Source of the DNA: an uncultured Gammaproteobacteria bacterium
GTDB lineage: Bacteria; Pseudomonadota; Gammaproteobacteria; Arenicellales; JAANXG01
Assembly: GCA_947258785.1 (NCBI GenBank)
Contig: CAMYJT010000008.1
Location: 140,429 to 204,428, forward strand
Direction: 5' to 3'
DNA length: 64,000 bases
This document shows positions 1 to 9,964 of the stretch, piece after piece; position 1 is the stretch's first letter, and each line of letters starts with the position of its first letter. The position numbers were made by a program, and so were the translations under genes. The notes beneath the pieces were generated by a model. The model had not been told where the DNA came from. It saw only the letters and a list, made by a program, of their open reading frames with translations, and made no database searches.

Positions 1-33
1 GATCTGCGGTCCCGACGCCGGTCTACTCAGGCA

Positions 34-342
34 TCAGTCAGCTGCGGGTACGACGAACTCTGAATTGACCTCATAAGTCGAGCCGTCCTTCGCGACAAGC
101 ACGATTTCCCACAATTCATCGTCGGCGATCGATGTCCGCTCGCGTCCGGGTAGTTCGCGTTCGTCATCCACTTGGATGCCCCACAGACGTACATGCCGGA
201 CACCGGCGACGGGGATGCGGGCTGCATCGAAACGCGCCCGAAATTCGGGGGGCAGGGTTTTTGACGCCCAGTTGACGTAGCCGCTACGCACGATGTTATC
301 GATCTCAGGAGGCATAGGGACCTGTGCGCTCGTCTTTTTCAT
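34..342 (-). CDS. hypothetical protein, 102 aa, no domain recognised
   Basis: Intact ATG-initiated ORF at the window edge. The overlapping 27..227 ORF is in another frame and looks like a shadow. No nameable motif. Confidence 0.45.
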   Translation of the reverse strand: MKKTSAQVPMPPEIDNIVRSGYVNWASKTLPPEFRARFDAARIPVAGVRHVRLWGIQVDDERELPGRERTSIADDELWEIVLVAKDGSTYEVNSEFVVPAAD

Positions 343-532
343 TTAATGACTCTCTAGTCCAAGACTCGGTGGTCGATACGGTATCATCGTCGATGTGACG
401 CACGCGCGCCAGAGCGTATCATCCTGCGGGGGTTGTGGCTGCACACTGCATTAGGGGGTGCATCCGCTACGGATTCTTGGATGTCAAAAACCCGGCGCTG
501 CTTTTCTGCTTAAATAGGCCCCACTATCGACG

Positions 533-1795
533 GTGGTCGCCCGGATTGATGCCGAACTGTTAACGGTTATAGATGAGTCCAACCACAAAGTGATGCCCGG
601 CGGTTTGCCAAAGATGCCCGAACCGGTAGACCGGCCGAATGGCTTCGCACTGTTTGCCTTGGGATTTCGGCCCTTTTTTCTGGCCGCCGGCGTAGCCGCG
701 CTCGGGCAAGTCGCCGTATGGGGCCTTGGTTACACCTCCGGACACCCGACGATGAATTTTTACGCCGGGTTCAATTGGCATGCGCACGAAATGCTCTTCG
801 GTTACACCGCTGCGGTGATTGCCGGCTTCCTGCTCACCGCCGCGCGCAACTGGACCGGACTAGACACCCTGCGCGGCCCACCACTCGCAATGCTGTTGGC
901 CCTGTGGCTGGCGGCCCGGGTGGTTTCGGTGATTCCCGCGCAAGTGCCTGGCGCACTCATCGCGCTGATCGATGTCGCGTTTCTACCGTGGCTGGGGTTC
1001 GCCGTCGCGACTCCGCTGCTGCGCGCGCGGCAACCGCGCAACCTGGTCCTGATCGCCATCGTGCTGCTACTCGCCGTGACCAACGGCCTGATGCACCTGC
1101 AGGCTCTGGGCGTGCCGGCGTTCTCCGCCTTTCCAGCCACCGACACAGCCGTTGCCCTGGTGGTCCTGCTGATCGCGATCGTCGGTGGCCGTGTGGTTCC
1201 TTTTTTCACCGAAAAGGCCCTCTCCGGCGTGCAGTGCCGGCGCCGGCCAGTGCTGGAGCGCCTGGCAATCGCCTCCGTGGTCCTGTACGGCGTGTGCGTG
1301 TCGGCAGCAGCCCCTGCGCCGGTAATCGGTGCCGTGGCGGCGGCGGCCGCGCTCGTGCATGGCGCACGTCTGCAGGGCTGGTACTCCAGGCGGACGTGGT
1401 CGGTGTCTTTGCTGTGGGTGCTGTACTGCGGTTACGGGTGGTTGGTGGCGGGTTTTGCGCTGACGGTGGCCACAGCCGCCGGTTGGCTGCCGGGGTCGAT
1501 CGCCACGCACGCCTTCACTTCAGGGGCCATCGGCGTCGTGACCCTGGGTATGATGGCGCGCGTTGCCCTGGGACACACCGGTCGTCCCATGCGCGCGACG
1601 CGGTCGATCACGACTGCCTTTGTGCTGGTCAATCTCTCCGCGATCGCTCGGGTGTTCGGTCCAATCCTCCTGCCACAGTCTTACGTCGCGCTGATGGGTG
1701 TCGCATCCGGACTCTGGCTTGCCGCCTTTCTGATTTTTATTGTTGTCTACGTCCCCATACTCGTGCGACCCAGAGTGGACGGGCGTCCGGGATGA
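533..1795 (+). CDS. nnrS: NnrS family haem-copper membrane protein (NO-stress associated)
   Basis: About 12 hydrophobic helices. FALGFRPFFLAAG near the N-terminus and HAHEMLFGY are typical NnrS motifs. The true start is probably an internal Met at 593 or 614. Confidence 0.85.
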   Translation: MVARIDAELLTVIDESNHKVMPGGLPKMPEPVDRPNGFALFALGFRPFFLAAGVAALGQVAVWGLGYTSGHPTMNFYAGFNWHAHEMLFGYTAAVIAGFLLTAARNWTGLDTLRGPPLAMLLALWLAARVVSVIPAQVPGALIALIDVAFLPWLGFAVATPLLRARQPRNLVLIAIVLLLAVTNGLMHLQALGVPAFSAFPATDTAVALVVLLIAIVGGRVVPFFTEKALSGVQCRRRPVLERLAIASVVLYGVCVSAAAPAPVIGAVAAAAALVHGARLQGWYSRRTWSVSLLWVLYCGYGWLVAGFALTVATAAGWLPGSIATHAFTSGAIGVVTLGMMARVALGHTGRPMRATRSITTAFVLVNLSAIARVFGPILLPQSYVALMGVASGLWLAAFLIFIVVYVPILVRPRVDGRPG

Positions 1796-1938
1796 GTGTT
1801 GCTCCACCACCCGCCACCAACCAATTCACACAAATACGCCGACGACCCCCGAGTCTTGTGTGTGCCGGCACAGAGTAAATTTGTAGCGCAGCTCACGTAT
1901 AATCGCCGCAATTTTTACGACCGGTAACATCAACAACA

Positions 1939-4344
1939 ATGTTGGACACGGGTGGAAGCAAAACCATTGTCTGGGTGATCGCACTGGTGGCCTGCGCCAT
2001 CATTCTGATCGAACTGTCCTTGATCAGGGTGTTTGACGTGATCTGGTACACGAATATGTCCTACATGGTGATTACTCTGGCGATGCTTGCCTTTGGATTG
2101 GCCGGGGTATTTCTAGGCATAGCGGGCTGGCGCTACATTACCGCACGGTCGGTCACCTTGTTGTGCCTGTTGTTCTCCGTCACGGTGCTGGGCATTCAAC
2201 CGGTCATTAATCACCTGGACTTCGATTTCAGCTTCTTCGGAGTCTCTCCCTTAACCACCATGCTCTCGTTCGGTGTCATTTATCTTGTGTTATCCCTGCC
2301 GTTTTTTATCGGCAGTTTGATATTGACTTCTTTATTCAATGAATACGCCGAAAAAATCCAAATCCTTTACGGTTTAGACCTGCTCGGCGCGTCGCTTGGT
2401 TGCCTGATCATCATTTCGAGCGTCAAATGGATCGGTCCCGGCGGGCTGCTGGTCTGGGCCGCCGCGATGGGGATGCTGGGGTTTAGCATTCGGATGCGGG
2501 CGATGATGGCACGCGGATTGGCGTTGGCCGTCGCCATCGCCTTAATCGTCCTGCCCGTCTGGCAGAAGGATCTGTTTGAGTTTGGAGCTCACATTGACAA
2601 GCGAAACTATATAACCGCAAAAAAAATGGGCCGTCACGAGGTCTCGGTTTGGGACCCAGTGTCCAAAATAGATGTGTTCGACATGCAGGCCTACAAATGG
2701 ATTGCCTACGACGGTGGGACGCAGACCAGCTATTTCTATCCGTTCGATGGCAATTTTGACCAGTTGAGACGATCGATGAAACAGCAGGTCAGCGCTCACT
2801 TCTGGGGGAACATCGTATTGGCGTCGCACATGCTGAAACGGGATTCCGGTCAAGAGGTGCTGATCATCGGCAGCGCCGGTGGCCAGGAAACCAAGGCGGC
2901 ACTGGCCTTCGGCGCCGGGCGTGTCGATGCGGTGGAGTTGGTCGGCTCAGTGATCGATCTAGGCCAGGGGGCTTACGCCGATTACATCGGCCGTGTCTAT
3001 AACCACCCTAAAGTCAACGTGATCAAGGGTGAAGGTAGAACGTTCTTACGATCCACAACGGCAAAGTACGACATCATTCAGATGTTGAGCAACCACACAA
3101 GCTCGAGCATGGGGTCTGGGACTGGCGCACTGGATACAACCTATCTGCAGACCAAGGACGCATACATAGAGTACTTCACGCATTTGAAGCGCGACGGCGT
3201 CTTGCACATCAATCACCACATTTATCCACGGATGCTGGCCACCGCAGCGCGGGCGTGGGTGGAACTGGGGCGAGGGGAATTTCAGAGGCACGTTGCCGTG
3301 TTTGAATCGATTGGCACGCAAGACAATCTACCGACATTCCTGGTGAAGATGTCACCATGGAATGCATCGGAAATCAACGCTCTAAAGCACCTGCTAGCCG
3401 ACAAGGAACTGGTTATCGATCCGATTGATCCGGCGCGAAATTACCTGCCCGATGGATTTTTTACCGGTGAGCTTTCTGATGAAATCGTCCAGTCGGCACT
3501 GTATCGAGTCTCACCGACGACGGACGACCGGCCATATTTTAACTTCCTACGCAAACGGGTCCAACCGATCGAGCCGGACCGACACCGCTACACTAATGTA
3601 TCGGTCAGCGGACTACTCAACTCACAACTGCAGAGCGGCGTCCCGATGGACATCATTCATCTGCTCGTTACAAGTTTGTGTGCTTTTTTGTTTGCGGTCT
3701 TGTTCACGGTGTTATTAAGCGTGCGCCGAAAGATTACCTCTGTTCCCGCGAACCGGTTTGGTATTGCCGGATATTTCGCGTGTCTGGGCGCCGGTTTCAT
3801 TATCCTGGAACTGGTCTTTATCCAGATTTTTATGAAACTGATCGGTTTTCCGATCTACACGTTCACCACCGTGGTGTTCGGCTTCCTGCTCGGTGCCGGC
3901 TTGGGCAGCTATTTCTCAACAGCGCTGGTGACGCGACCATGGCTGCCGTTTGCGGCAATCATGCTCTACTGCGCTGTATTTGTGCTGGTGGATAGTTATG
4001 TCTTTGGGGTCTTCCTCGGCTCTAACGAGTTCACTAGAATTCTAGCCACGTTGTTGATGATCGTCCCGCTGACCTTTTTCCTGGGCATGGCGTTCCCCCT
4101 CGGCATTCTACTGTTTCCCACCAACAAAACGGATAACATTGTCCCTTGGGCGTGGGCGTTCAACGGTGTATTCACCGTTATCGGCAGCATCGCAAGCGTA
4201 CTGGTGCCGCTGCACGTGGGATTTCATGCAACGGTGATTTTTGCGGGACTGCTCTATGGCCTTGCGCTGTGGATCTTGTACCGGCGGCAAACCGCGTACG
4301 GCGAGACATGTGAATGGTCTCCCGGTTGTTCCGCGGTGAGATAA
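1939..4344 (+). CDS. polytopic membrane protein with a central spermidine-synthase-like (class I SAM/dcSAM fold) domain
   Basis: 801 aa. Hydrophobic helix bundles lie at both ends. The central soluble part has VLIIGSAGGQE...GAGRVDAVELV, resembling nucleotide-binding motif I of the SpeE family. Confidence 0.7.
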   Translation: MLDTGGSKTIVWVIALVACAIILIELSLIRVFDVIWYTNMSYMVITLAMLAFGLAGVFLGIAGWRYITARSVTLLCLLFSVTVLGIQPVINHLDFDFSFFGVSPLTTMLSFGVIYLVLSLPFFIGSLILTSLFNEYAEKIQILYGLDLLGASLGCLIIISSVKWIGPGGLLVWAAAMGMLGFSIRMRAMMARGLALAVAIALIVLPVWQKDLFEFGAHIDKRNYITAKKMGRHEVSVWDPVSKIDVFDMQAYKWIAYDGGTQTSYFYPFDGNFDQLRRSMKQQVSAHFWGNIVLASHMLKRDSGQEVLIIGSAGGQETKAALAFGAGRVDAVELVGSVIDLGQGAYADYIGRVYNHPKVNVIKGEGRTFLRSTTAKYDIIQMLSNHTSSSMGSGTGALDTTYLQTKDAYIEYFTHLKRDGVLHINHHIYPRMLATAARAWVELGRGEFQRHVAVFESIGTQDNLPTFLVKMSPWNASEINALKHLLADKELVIDPIDPARNYLPDGFFTGELSDEIVQSALYRVSPTTDDRPYFNFLRKRVQPIEPDRHRYTNVSVSGLLNSQLQSGVPMDIIHLLVTSLCAFLFAVLFTVLLSVRRKITSVPANRFGIAGYFACLGAGFIILELVFIQIFMKLIGFPIYTFTTVVFGFLLGAGLGSYFSTALVTRPWLPFAAIMLYCAVFVLVDSYVFGVFLGSNEFTRILATLLMIVPLTFFLGMAFPLGILLFPTNKTDNIVPWAWAFNGVFTVIGSIASVLVPLHVGFHATVIFAGLLYGLALWILYRRQTAYGETCEWSPGCSAVR

Positions 4345-4577
4345 TGCACCGGCCTCAGCCGCCTGTCCGAGCGCTCAGTGCTTGAACGGGCGAACTCGGA
4401 ACACGCCGGGACTCGGAGCAGCTGAATGGCGAAAGTCCCGTATTGGTGTGTTGATTGATGGCCCTCCGGCTCATGCCGTTGGTCCAAGCTGCAGACAAAC
4501 GACAATTCATCGGTCGAATTGTGCAGACAAGAAACAGGTTCTCAACTCGGCATTGAGGAAACACCGGCGGATCTTAC

Positions 4578-6794
4578 ATGCTTCCACGCAAGGTGACCGT
4601 AGCAGGCTTATTCACAGCGATCTTCGCCGTGTCCACCGTCTACTACGGATGGTTGTCGGAGCGGTTGCCCTACAACGCCGGGCCGGACGAGTACACCCAT
4701 TACGACTCGGTCAAGTTCATATATGAACACAAACGGATGGCGCGCTATCCGGAGGACGTCGCGGCGCTCCGCTTCACGCCATACGGCACAACCCGCGTGT
4801 TTCGACCGCCGCTGTTCTATGTGTCGGCAGCAGCCGTAGCTGGACTTTTTGAACCGCACTTGGCTTCCGGTAAGTTCGCTTTTCGAAAGGCCTCGGTACT
4901 GTTCGGTGGGCTCACCGTTGCGTTAACCTTCCTGGCGGCATTTTTTTACACCGGACGCATCAGTTTCGGCGTACTGGGGGCGGCCTTAACGGGACTCCTG
5001 CCCCAGTTCACCTTTTTGTCGACGTACACGAATAGCGACATCGCCGCGATATGTACCGCAAGTCTGGTGTTGGTTGCCATGGTTCTGCTGTTGCGCTTTG
5101 GTGACCGGGCCTCACTCCTGACCCTGCTCGGCCTTGCGCTGGGCCTGGCGTTTCTAAGTAAACTCACGGCGTGGATAATGTTTCCGGCAGTCACCGTATT
5201 TTCGATACTGCTGTTTTACAAATCACCCCCGCAATTGGCCAGATCGATCGGTATCGCGTTCGCCGTATTCACGGCGACGGTGATTTGGTGGCTGACCTTT
5301 AATGTCCTGAATCACGGATGGACGAATCTATTCAACGGGGCCCTTGAACAGGAGTTGAAGCGCAGTTTCGGGCCGGAATTGCTGGACACGGTGGGCGGAT
5401 TTCGCCGCTACGGCGTCACCTTCTGGCAGCTGTTGCTGGATTATGATGGCTTTCTCATCGATTCTTTCAAATCCACGATCGGCAGACTGGACTGGCTGAA
5501 ATTGGACCTCGGCCCGCCGCAGTACCTGTTCTACGCCGCTGTACTCGGTATCGCACTGCTGGTGTACGGGATCAAGGCTTGGTCGCGGTTCACTGCACCT
5601 AAAACCGCGGGCAGGCGGGTTGAGCGGCGCAAGTTCGTGTTCGAGACCATGTTGATGGCAATACTCTTGAGTCAGTTCTTGGTCTACGCCTGGCACAATT
5701 ACGACATGGACGTTCAAAAACAAGGCAGATACCTGCTGGTGGTCAATCTCTCGGTGGTGCTGTTGTTTGTTTCGTCATGCGTGTACGCCACCAATCGAAT
5801 CGGTGGCCTCTTCGGCGTTAAGGCACAGGAAACCGCAGCATTTTGTCTGGCGGCGTTTGGAGTACTGTCGGCGCTGGCCATCCACGCGCATGCGTTCAGC
5901 CGCTACGTGGCCCCTTTCTACGACATGGAGGGGTACCGCATCGACGTCGGTGAATTCAACACGGTGACGGCATTCGCCGGAATGATCGCGGAGACCCGGC
6001 AGGCCACACTCAGTACATCGGGCGAAGGCGGTGTGCGTTTAGTCAGTACAGGCCTGGATCCATGGATTAAGCTGGATGGGAGATTTGCCGGCGAAGCCTC
6101 TTTTCCACAGCTGCTGCGCGTCCGCTTGAGCTCCGACACCGCAAGCCGTCTGTCGGTTTACTGGGATGAGGGGCACGGTTTTTCGGAACAAAGCGCAAGC
6201 CACACCCACTACCCCGCCGGCACATCTTCGGCCTATGTCCCTATTGTTGCCGATAAGCCCGCGCGGTTCCGGCTCGATCCACGCGTCGGCGAAGGCGAGG
6301 TGGTTATCCATGACCTCGCCCTCGCCGATTTCTCCTGGCAATCGCCCGAGTTCAGCCAGTTGCGCGTTGGCGGGGAGAAAACACTGAAGCTGGGCAGCGA
6401 GGTCACGGTAGTGACCGCAGACAGCACTCAGCACGGCGCACGGACGGATGCGGATTCCGGTATCGATAAGCCCTGGCTGGAAGTCGGTGCGCAGATACTC
6501 GAACACCTGAGCAACAAGTGGTTGATGAGGCTGAACCTCGATGCGCAAACTCCCGGGGCCGTTGAGATGGTGTGGAACGACACGTCACGGCCGTTATCTC
6601 TTACCCGGCGGCGATCTTCGTTTGAGGCCGGGAATCAGGATATGTTTTTCGTGGCCAACGGACGCATCTGCACGTCCTTGCGCTTTTACCTCAGCGGGGA
6701 CCGGCATAAAGTTTCCGTCAATGCCGTAACCCTATCGGCGATCCGGTCGAAGCCGTCGACCGTGAGGCATCCCGTACCGGGGTGGCGGGACTAA
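4578..6794 (+). CDS. GT-C-like (ArnT/PMT-type) polytopic membrane protein with a C-terminal soluble domain
   Basis: 738 aa. The N-terminal ~430 aa are helix-rich, with an acidic first-loop motif PDEYTHYDS. The C-terminal ~300 aa are non-hydrophobic. The family call is motif-level only. Confidence 0.5.
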   Translation: MLPRKVTVAGLFTAIFAVSTVYYGWLSERLPYNAGPDEYTHYDSVKFIYEHKRMARYPEDVAALRFTPYGTTRVFRPPLFYVSAAAVAGLFEPHLASGKFAFRKASVLFGGLTVALTFLAAFFYTGRISFGVLGAALTGLLPQFTFLSTYTNSDIAAICTASLVLVAMVLLLRFGDRASLLTLLGLALGLAFLSKLTAWIMFPAVTVFSILLFYKSPPQLARSIGIAFAVFTATVIWWLTFNVLNHGWTNLFNGALEQELKRSFGPELLDTVGGFRRYGVTFWQLLLDYDGFLIDSFKSTIGRLDWLKLDLGPPQYLFYAAVLGIALLVYGIKAWSRFTAPKTAGRRVERRKFVFETMLMAILLSQFLVYAWHNYDMDVQKQGRYLLVVNLSVVLLFVSSCVYATNRIGGLFGVKAQETAAFCLAAFGVLSALAIHAHAFSRYVAPFYDMEGYRIDVGEFNTVTAFAGMIAETRQATLSTSGEGGVRLVSTGLDPWIKLDGRFAGEASFPQLLRVRLSSDTASRLSVYWDEGHGFSEQSASHTHYPAGTSSAYVPIVADKPARFRLDPRVGEGEVVIHDLALADFSWQSPEFSQLRVGGEKTLKLGSEVTVVTADSTQHGARTDADSGIDKPWLEVGAQILEHLSNKWLMRLNLDAQTPGAVEMVWNDTSRPLSLTRRRSSFEAGNQDMFFVANGRICTSLRFYLSGDRHKVSVNAVTLSAIRSKPSTVRHPVPGWRD

Positions 6795-6879
6795 CCCGTA
6801 TATGCATTTCGCTCCAGCGCGGCGGCCTTACCATCCGATTCCTTCGCCATCATCCGGGATCCTTGTTGCAACATGCTGA
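6795..6879. mobile_element. degenerate mini-MITE copy (85 bp) of the CCYGCATATTGCACCA family
   Basis: The core GCGGCGGCCTTACC...CTTCGCCATCATCCGG...TTGCAACATGCTGA aligns at about 80% with the 79-bp copy at 37417-37495. The left end is degenerate (CCCGTATATGCA + 7-bp insert + CCAG). Flanked by CTAA (6791-6794) and CTAG (6880-6883). Confidence 0.5.
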
Positions 6880-6883
6880 CTAG

Positions 6884-7006
6884 CCTGCATATTGCACCAA
6901 GGCGGCAAAATAATGGTGTATCAACTTGATTGTATTCAATGATTCGGTCTTAGTTGATTAGTACGGTTTGTGCTTCTGCAATCGCCTATCCCGGCCCTGG
7001 CTCGAT
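6884..7006. repeat. half copy (one terminal repeat plus 104 bp) of the long MITE
   Basis: 116/123 identical by hand alignment to the reverse complement of 32967-33089. Starts directly after CTAG 6880-6883. Homology stops abruptly at 7006 inside the MBL-fold ORF. Confidence 0.85.
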
Positions 7007-7459
7007 GTAGACATGGCGGAACGAGATCTGTTCGTGGTCGAAAATTTTCTGAAAGCCGCGGTAATGATCGCTGTCGGGATGAGTGGCGATGGCGGCGTGG
7101 AAGGTGAATTTCTTCTTGAAATCCCGGAACCGGTAGTCGAGGTAGCCCTTCATGTTGTCACCGAGGCCGGCATCGATGATCATGACTTTCTCTTTGGCAC
7201 CCATCTGCGGGGTGGTCAGAATACAGCCGTCGCCCTGGCCCACGTCCAGGAAGATCATCTCCAACAAGCGCTCGGCCTGATAGTCCCGCTCCCTGATCGC
7301 GAAGGTGTCCCGGCCCCACTTGACCTCAGACCAGTCCTCGTCGATGTCTGCGCCAATCCGCAGCCAATCGCCCCAAAGCAGCTCCTTCTTCTTGGTCTTT
7401 CGATCGCTCGGGTCGCAGAGATAGATCACCGGCCCCTCCGCGTATCGGATCGTCGACAT
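6986..7459 (-). pseudogene. 3'-truncated metallo-beta-lactamase-fold (ComEC/Rec2-like) gene
   Basis: FLDVGQGDG, IIDAG and THPDSDH (MBL motifs 1-2) are present. The ORF ends 25 aa later, so the downstream His/Asp/His motifs are missing. The last codons (IEPGPG-stop) are encoded by MITE sequence. GGAGG lies 6 nt before the ATG at 7459. Confidence 0.7.
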
Positions 7460-7533
7460 TTTCCGCCTCCGTCTGTGAGAAAACAGCTGCCAGCTCAATC
7501 CGAATCCGGCTCGAGCAAACAGGCAGACTCAAC

Positions 7534-7725
7534 CTACCTCTCGGGCTCAGCTTCGATAAGTGTCTTTACGTCCAGCATCCGTATCGCACTGATGGCCGCT
7601 TCCCAAGCGCCTTCGTGACACAGTCCACTGATGGCCGCTTTTTCGTACCCCTCCAGCGCGGCACGGAGGCACGCATCTTTGACGGTTTCGGCAATGCGCA
7701 AACCTCCGGATCCTTCAGTCTGCAT
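7534..7725 (-). CDS. small hypothetical protein (63 aa)
   Basis: AGGAG lies 7 nt before the ATG at 7725. The sequence LRIAETVKDACLRAALEGYEKAAISGLCHEGAWEAA looks like a conserved small protein, but I cannot name the family. It sits immediately upstream of the MBL remnant. Confidence 0.5.
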   Translation of the reverse strand: MQTEGSGGLRIAETVKDACLRAALEGYEKAAISGLCHEGAWEAAISAIRMLDVKTLIEAEPER

Positions 7726-8139
7726 GGTTACTCCTGTGCATTCCAACTCGTTTTCAATCTTTAAAAAATCTCCGTTCTCGGCCCGGTGACCGTCGCCGGT
7801 GGTGTACACACAGAAGCGCGACTCTACAGCGTCCGCCGTGTTACGGCCGCTCGATCACAACATTGCCGAGAAACAAAGGTGTTCCCACGGCCCATAAAAT
7901 GCCGAACCAAACGGCACCGGCGCGCCTTACGAACTGAGGTGTCGGCGTGGAGCATTGTCGCATGGACTCGCCGCCTGCGCCGCCGCGACCGGGCAAACCC
8001 TGTTCGATGCGGCCGGGTTGGTGCTCGTTCACTGCGCTGCGAAGAAGCCGGTGTAGCACTCCAGCATTCGCTGCCGCCGGTGCGGGAGTGCCGAAAATCG
8101 GGTGAAAAGCGTTACTCTGAATGGGTGTTTCGAGCAGAC

Positions 8140-8874
8140 CTACCGCATACGCTTGCGCAATTCGACGGGCCGGCCCCGGCCGCGCACCCTCAGATTGAGC
8201 AATTCCACGACCACCGAAAATGCCATAGCGAAGTAGATGTATCCCTTGGGAATGTGCAGATCAATGCCCTCGGCAACCAATGCCACACCGATCAGCACCA
8301 GGAAGCTCAAGGCCAGCATTTTAATGGTTGGATGCTCGTCAACGAATTGACCGATGGTAGAAGCGGAAAACATCATCACGATCACGGCGATGACCACGGC
8401 AATAATCATCACCACGACATCATCCGCCATGCCGACCGCGGTGATTACCGAATCGAGTGAGAAAACGATATCGATGAGTCCAATCTGTATCATCACGGCG
8501 ACAAAACCCGCTGCCGCGGCGCCTTGTTTGTGTTCCTCACTTCCCTCGACGGCATTGTGTATCTCAAGAGTGGCCTTAGCCAGGAGGAACAGCCCGCCTG
8601 CAATGAGAATCAGATCGCGACCTGAAATGTCGGCCGCGAGAACGGTGAACAAGGTGCTCCGCAGTTTCATGATCCAAGTTATCAGTAGAAGCAGAAGGAT
8701 GCGGGTGCCCATCGCAATGCTCAGCCCGACAATACGCGCGGTTTGCCGCTGCGATTCGGGGAGCCGCCCGACGAGTATGGAAATGAAAATGATGTTGTCG
8801 ATGCCGAGTACTATTTCCAATACGGTGAGTGTGGCCAGCGCTACCCAGGCCTCGGGCGATGCAATCCATTCCAT
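8140..8874 (-). CDS. TerC family integral membrane protein
   Basis: LEIVLGIDNIIFISILVGRLP and a second DNI-like repeat (IGLIDIVFSLDSVITAVG) over about 7 helices. Typical TerC/YjbE architecture. Confidence 0.9.
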   Translation of the reverse strand: MEWIASPEAWVALATLTVLEIVLGIDNIIFISILVGRLPESQRQTARIVGLSIAMGTRILLLLLITWIMKLRSTLFTVLAADISGRDLILIAGGLFLLAKATLEIHNAVEGSEEHKQGAAAAGFVAVMIQIGLIDIVFSLDSVITAVGMADDVVVMIIAVVIAVIVMMFSASTIGQFVDEHPTIKMLALSFLVLIGVALVAEGIDLHIPKGYIYFAMAFSVVVELLNLRVRGRGRPVELRKRMR

Positions 8875-9057
8875 AGGTTTGATTAACCTCTCAATTTACC
8901 GGCGGTGCGCAGCGATCACGTTACGCGTAGTGGAGTTTAGCGACCCGCGCAACGGCGCGCGCGATTACCAACCCCTCGTTTGTCGGAATAATCCAGGTCT
9001 TGACCGAACCGCTGTGTGCCGAGATGTTTTGTGCAACCCCGACCGCATACAATGCGT

Positions 9058-9789
9058 TTAACGAATTTCTGTTTTGTAGCTGAACTTGTCCGCGCGGCCT
9101 TTTGTCGTTCTTATCTCGACCACGCGATTACCGGCTGTATAAGTTGTACGTTTGAGCACCACCACGGGCGTTCCCGGTTCGATCTCGAGGACTGTCGCAG
9201 TAGCCTTGTCGCAGCCCTCCGCGGTCAAGGTCTCTTCGGCTCGAGTAATGGGCAACCTGTATTTTTCAACGACCAGGGCGTAGAGGAGATCGGGGATATG
9301 GATTTCCTCATTTTCAAGGCCGGGCACAAGGTCGGCGATCCACCACGAGTATTCAATGAGCACCGGCAACTCATTGTCGACGTAGCCAACACGTTCGATA
9401 TGTAATAGAACCGTTCCCGCGGGCACCTCCAGCTGCTTACAGATTTTCACCGTGCCGGGTTTAAGCTTCCTCTTGGTGGTTTCCTTGCGTATGCGCACCT
9501 CCCGCCCTTTTTCGTCGCCGTAAGAAAAAAAACGGAATAGACTATTGTTGAAGTCGATTCGGGATACGTAAGTGCCTTTTCCCTGGTGCCGGTACAGGCG
9601 CTTCTGCCAGACTAGATTGTCGATCGCCTTTTTGACGGTCCCCTGGCTGACAGCGAGTGTCGCCGCCAATTGTGGCTCTGAGGGGATCAGGTCGCCGGGG
9701 ATCAAATTTCCGGAATCGATCAGCTCGACTATGTAGGACTCGACGATTTGATAAAGGGGTTCAACGCGTCGCATGTGTTGCCTGTACAA
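9058..9789 (-). CDS. GntR family (HutC subfamily, UTRA effector domain) transcriptional regulator
   Basis: The N-terminal winged helix LIPSEPQLAATLAVSQGTVKKAIDNLVWQKRLYRHQGKGTYV is followed by a ~150-aa UTRA-like domain. Confidence 0.9.
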   Translation of the reverse strand: MYRQHMRRVEPLYQIVESYIVELIDSGNLIPGDLIPSEPQLAATLAVSQGTVKKAIDNLVWQKRLYRHQGKGTYVSRIDFNNSLFRFFSYGDEKGREVRIRKETTKRKLKPGTVKICKQLEVPAGTVLLHIERVGYVDNELPVLIEYSWWIADLVPGLENEEIHIPDLLYALVVEKYRLPITRAEETLTAEGCDKATATVLEIEPGTPVVVLKRTTYTAGNRVVEIRTTKGRADKFSYKTEIR

Positions 9790-9932
9790 AGATTGAGGTT
9801 ATCGGCGCGGAATTCCGGGTACCCGCCATGTCTAAGCTGATTGCCGGCCAGGAATCAGCACCCCACATATTATATATCTCATATATACGAATGACCATCG
9901 CTCGGGACGATCCGGTTGTGTTGTTCGGAGGC

Positions 9933-9962
9933 TTGACATTTATTAACTGTTATAAATAAAAT
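9933..9962 (+). promoter_or_regulatory. candidate sigma70 promoter for the tctA operon (TTGACA-N18-TAAAAT)
   Basis: TTGACA at 9933-9938 and TAAAAT at 9957-9962, in an AT-rich island ahead of the TTG start at 10021. Confidence 0.35.
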
Positions 9963-9964
9963 AA

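Noticed and set aside
400-532. NO-responsive (NsrR/NnrR/Dnr, FNR-type) operator upstream of nnrS.
   Set aside because: TTGGATGTCAAAAA at about 477-490 matches only one half of TTGAT-N4-ATCAA, and the TGCAT-N7-TGCAT repeat matches no consensus I can name. The evidence is too weak to annotate.
7841-8059. 72-codon minus-strand ORF with a hydrophobic C-terminus (AGAVWFGILWAVGTPLFLGNVV), a possible small membrane protein.
   Set aside because: No RBS, and an Arg/Gly-rich N-terminal half typical of random GC-rich ORFs. A real 40-aa peptide cannot be distinguished from chance without conservation data.
8875-9057. Possible yybP-ykoY (manganese) riboswitch in the leader of the TerC-family gene.
   Set aside because: Only a CAAGACC-like piece and a GAGGGGUUGGUA stretch are present. 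They are in the wrong order relative to the remembered consensus (GGGGAGUAG ... UUGACAUA ... CAAGACC), and no convincing four-way junction could be drawn by eye.
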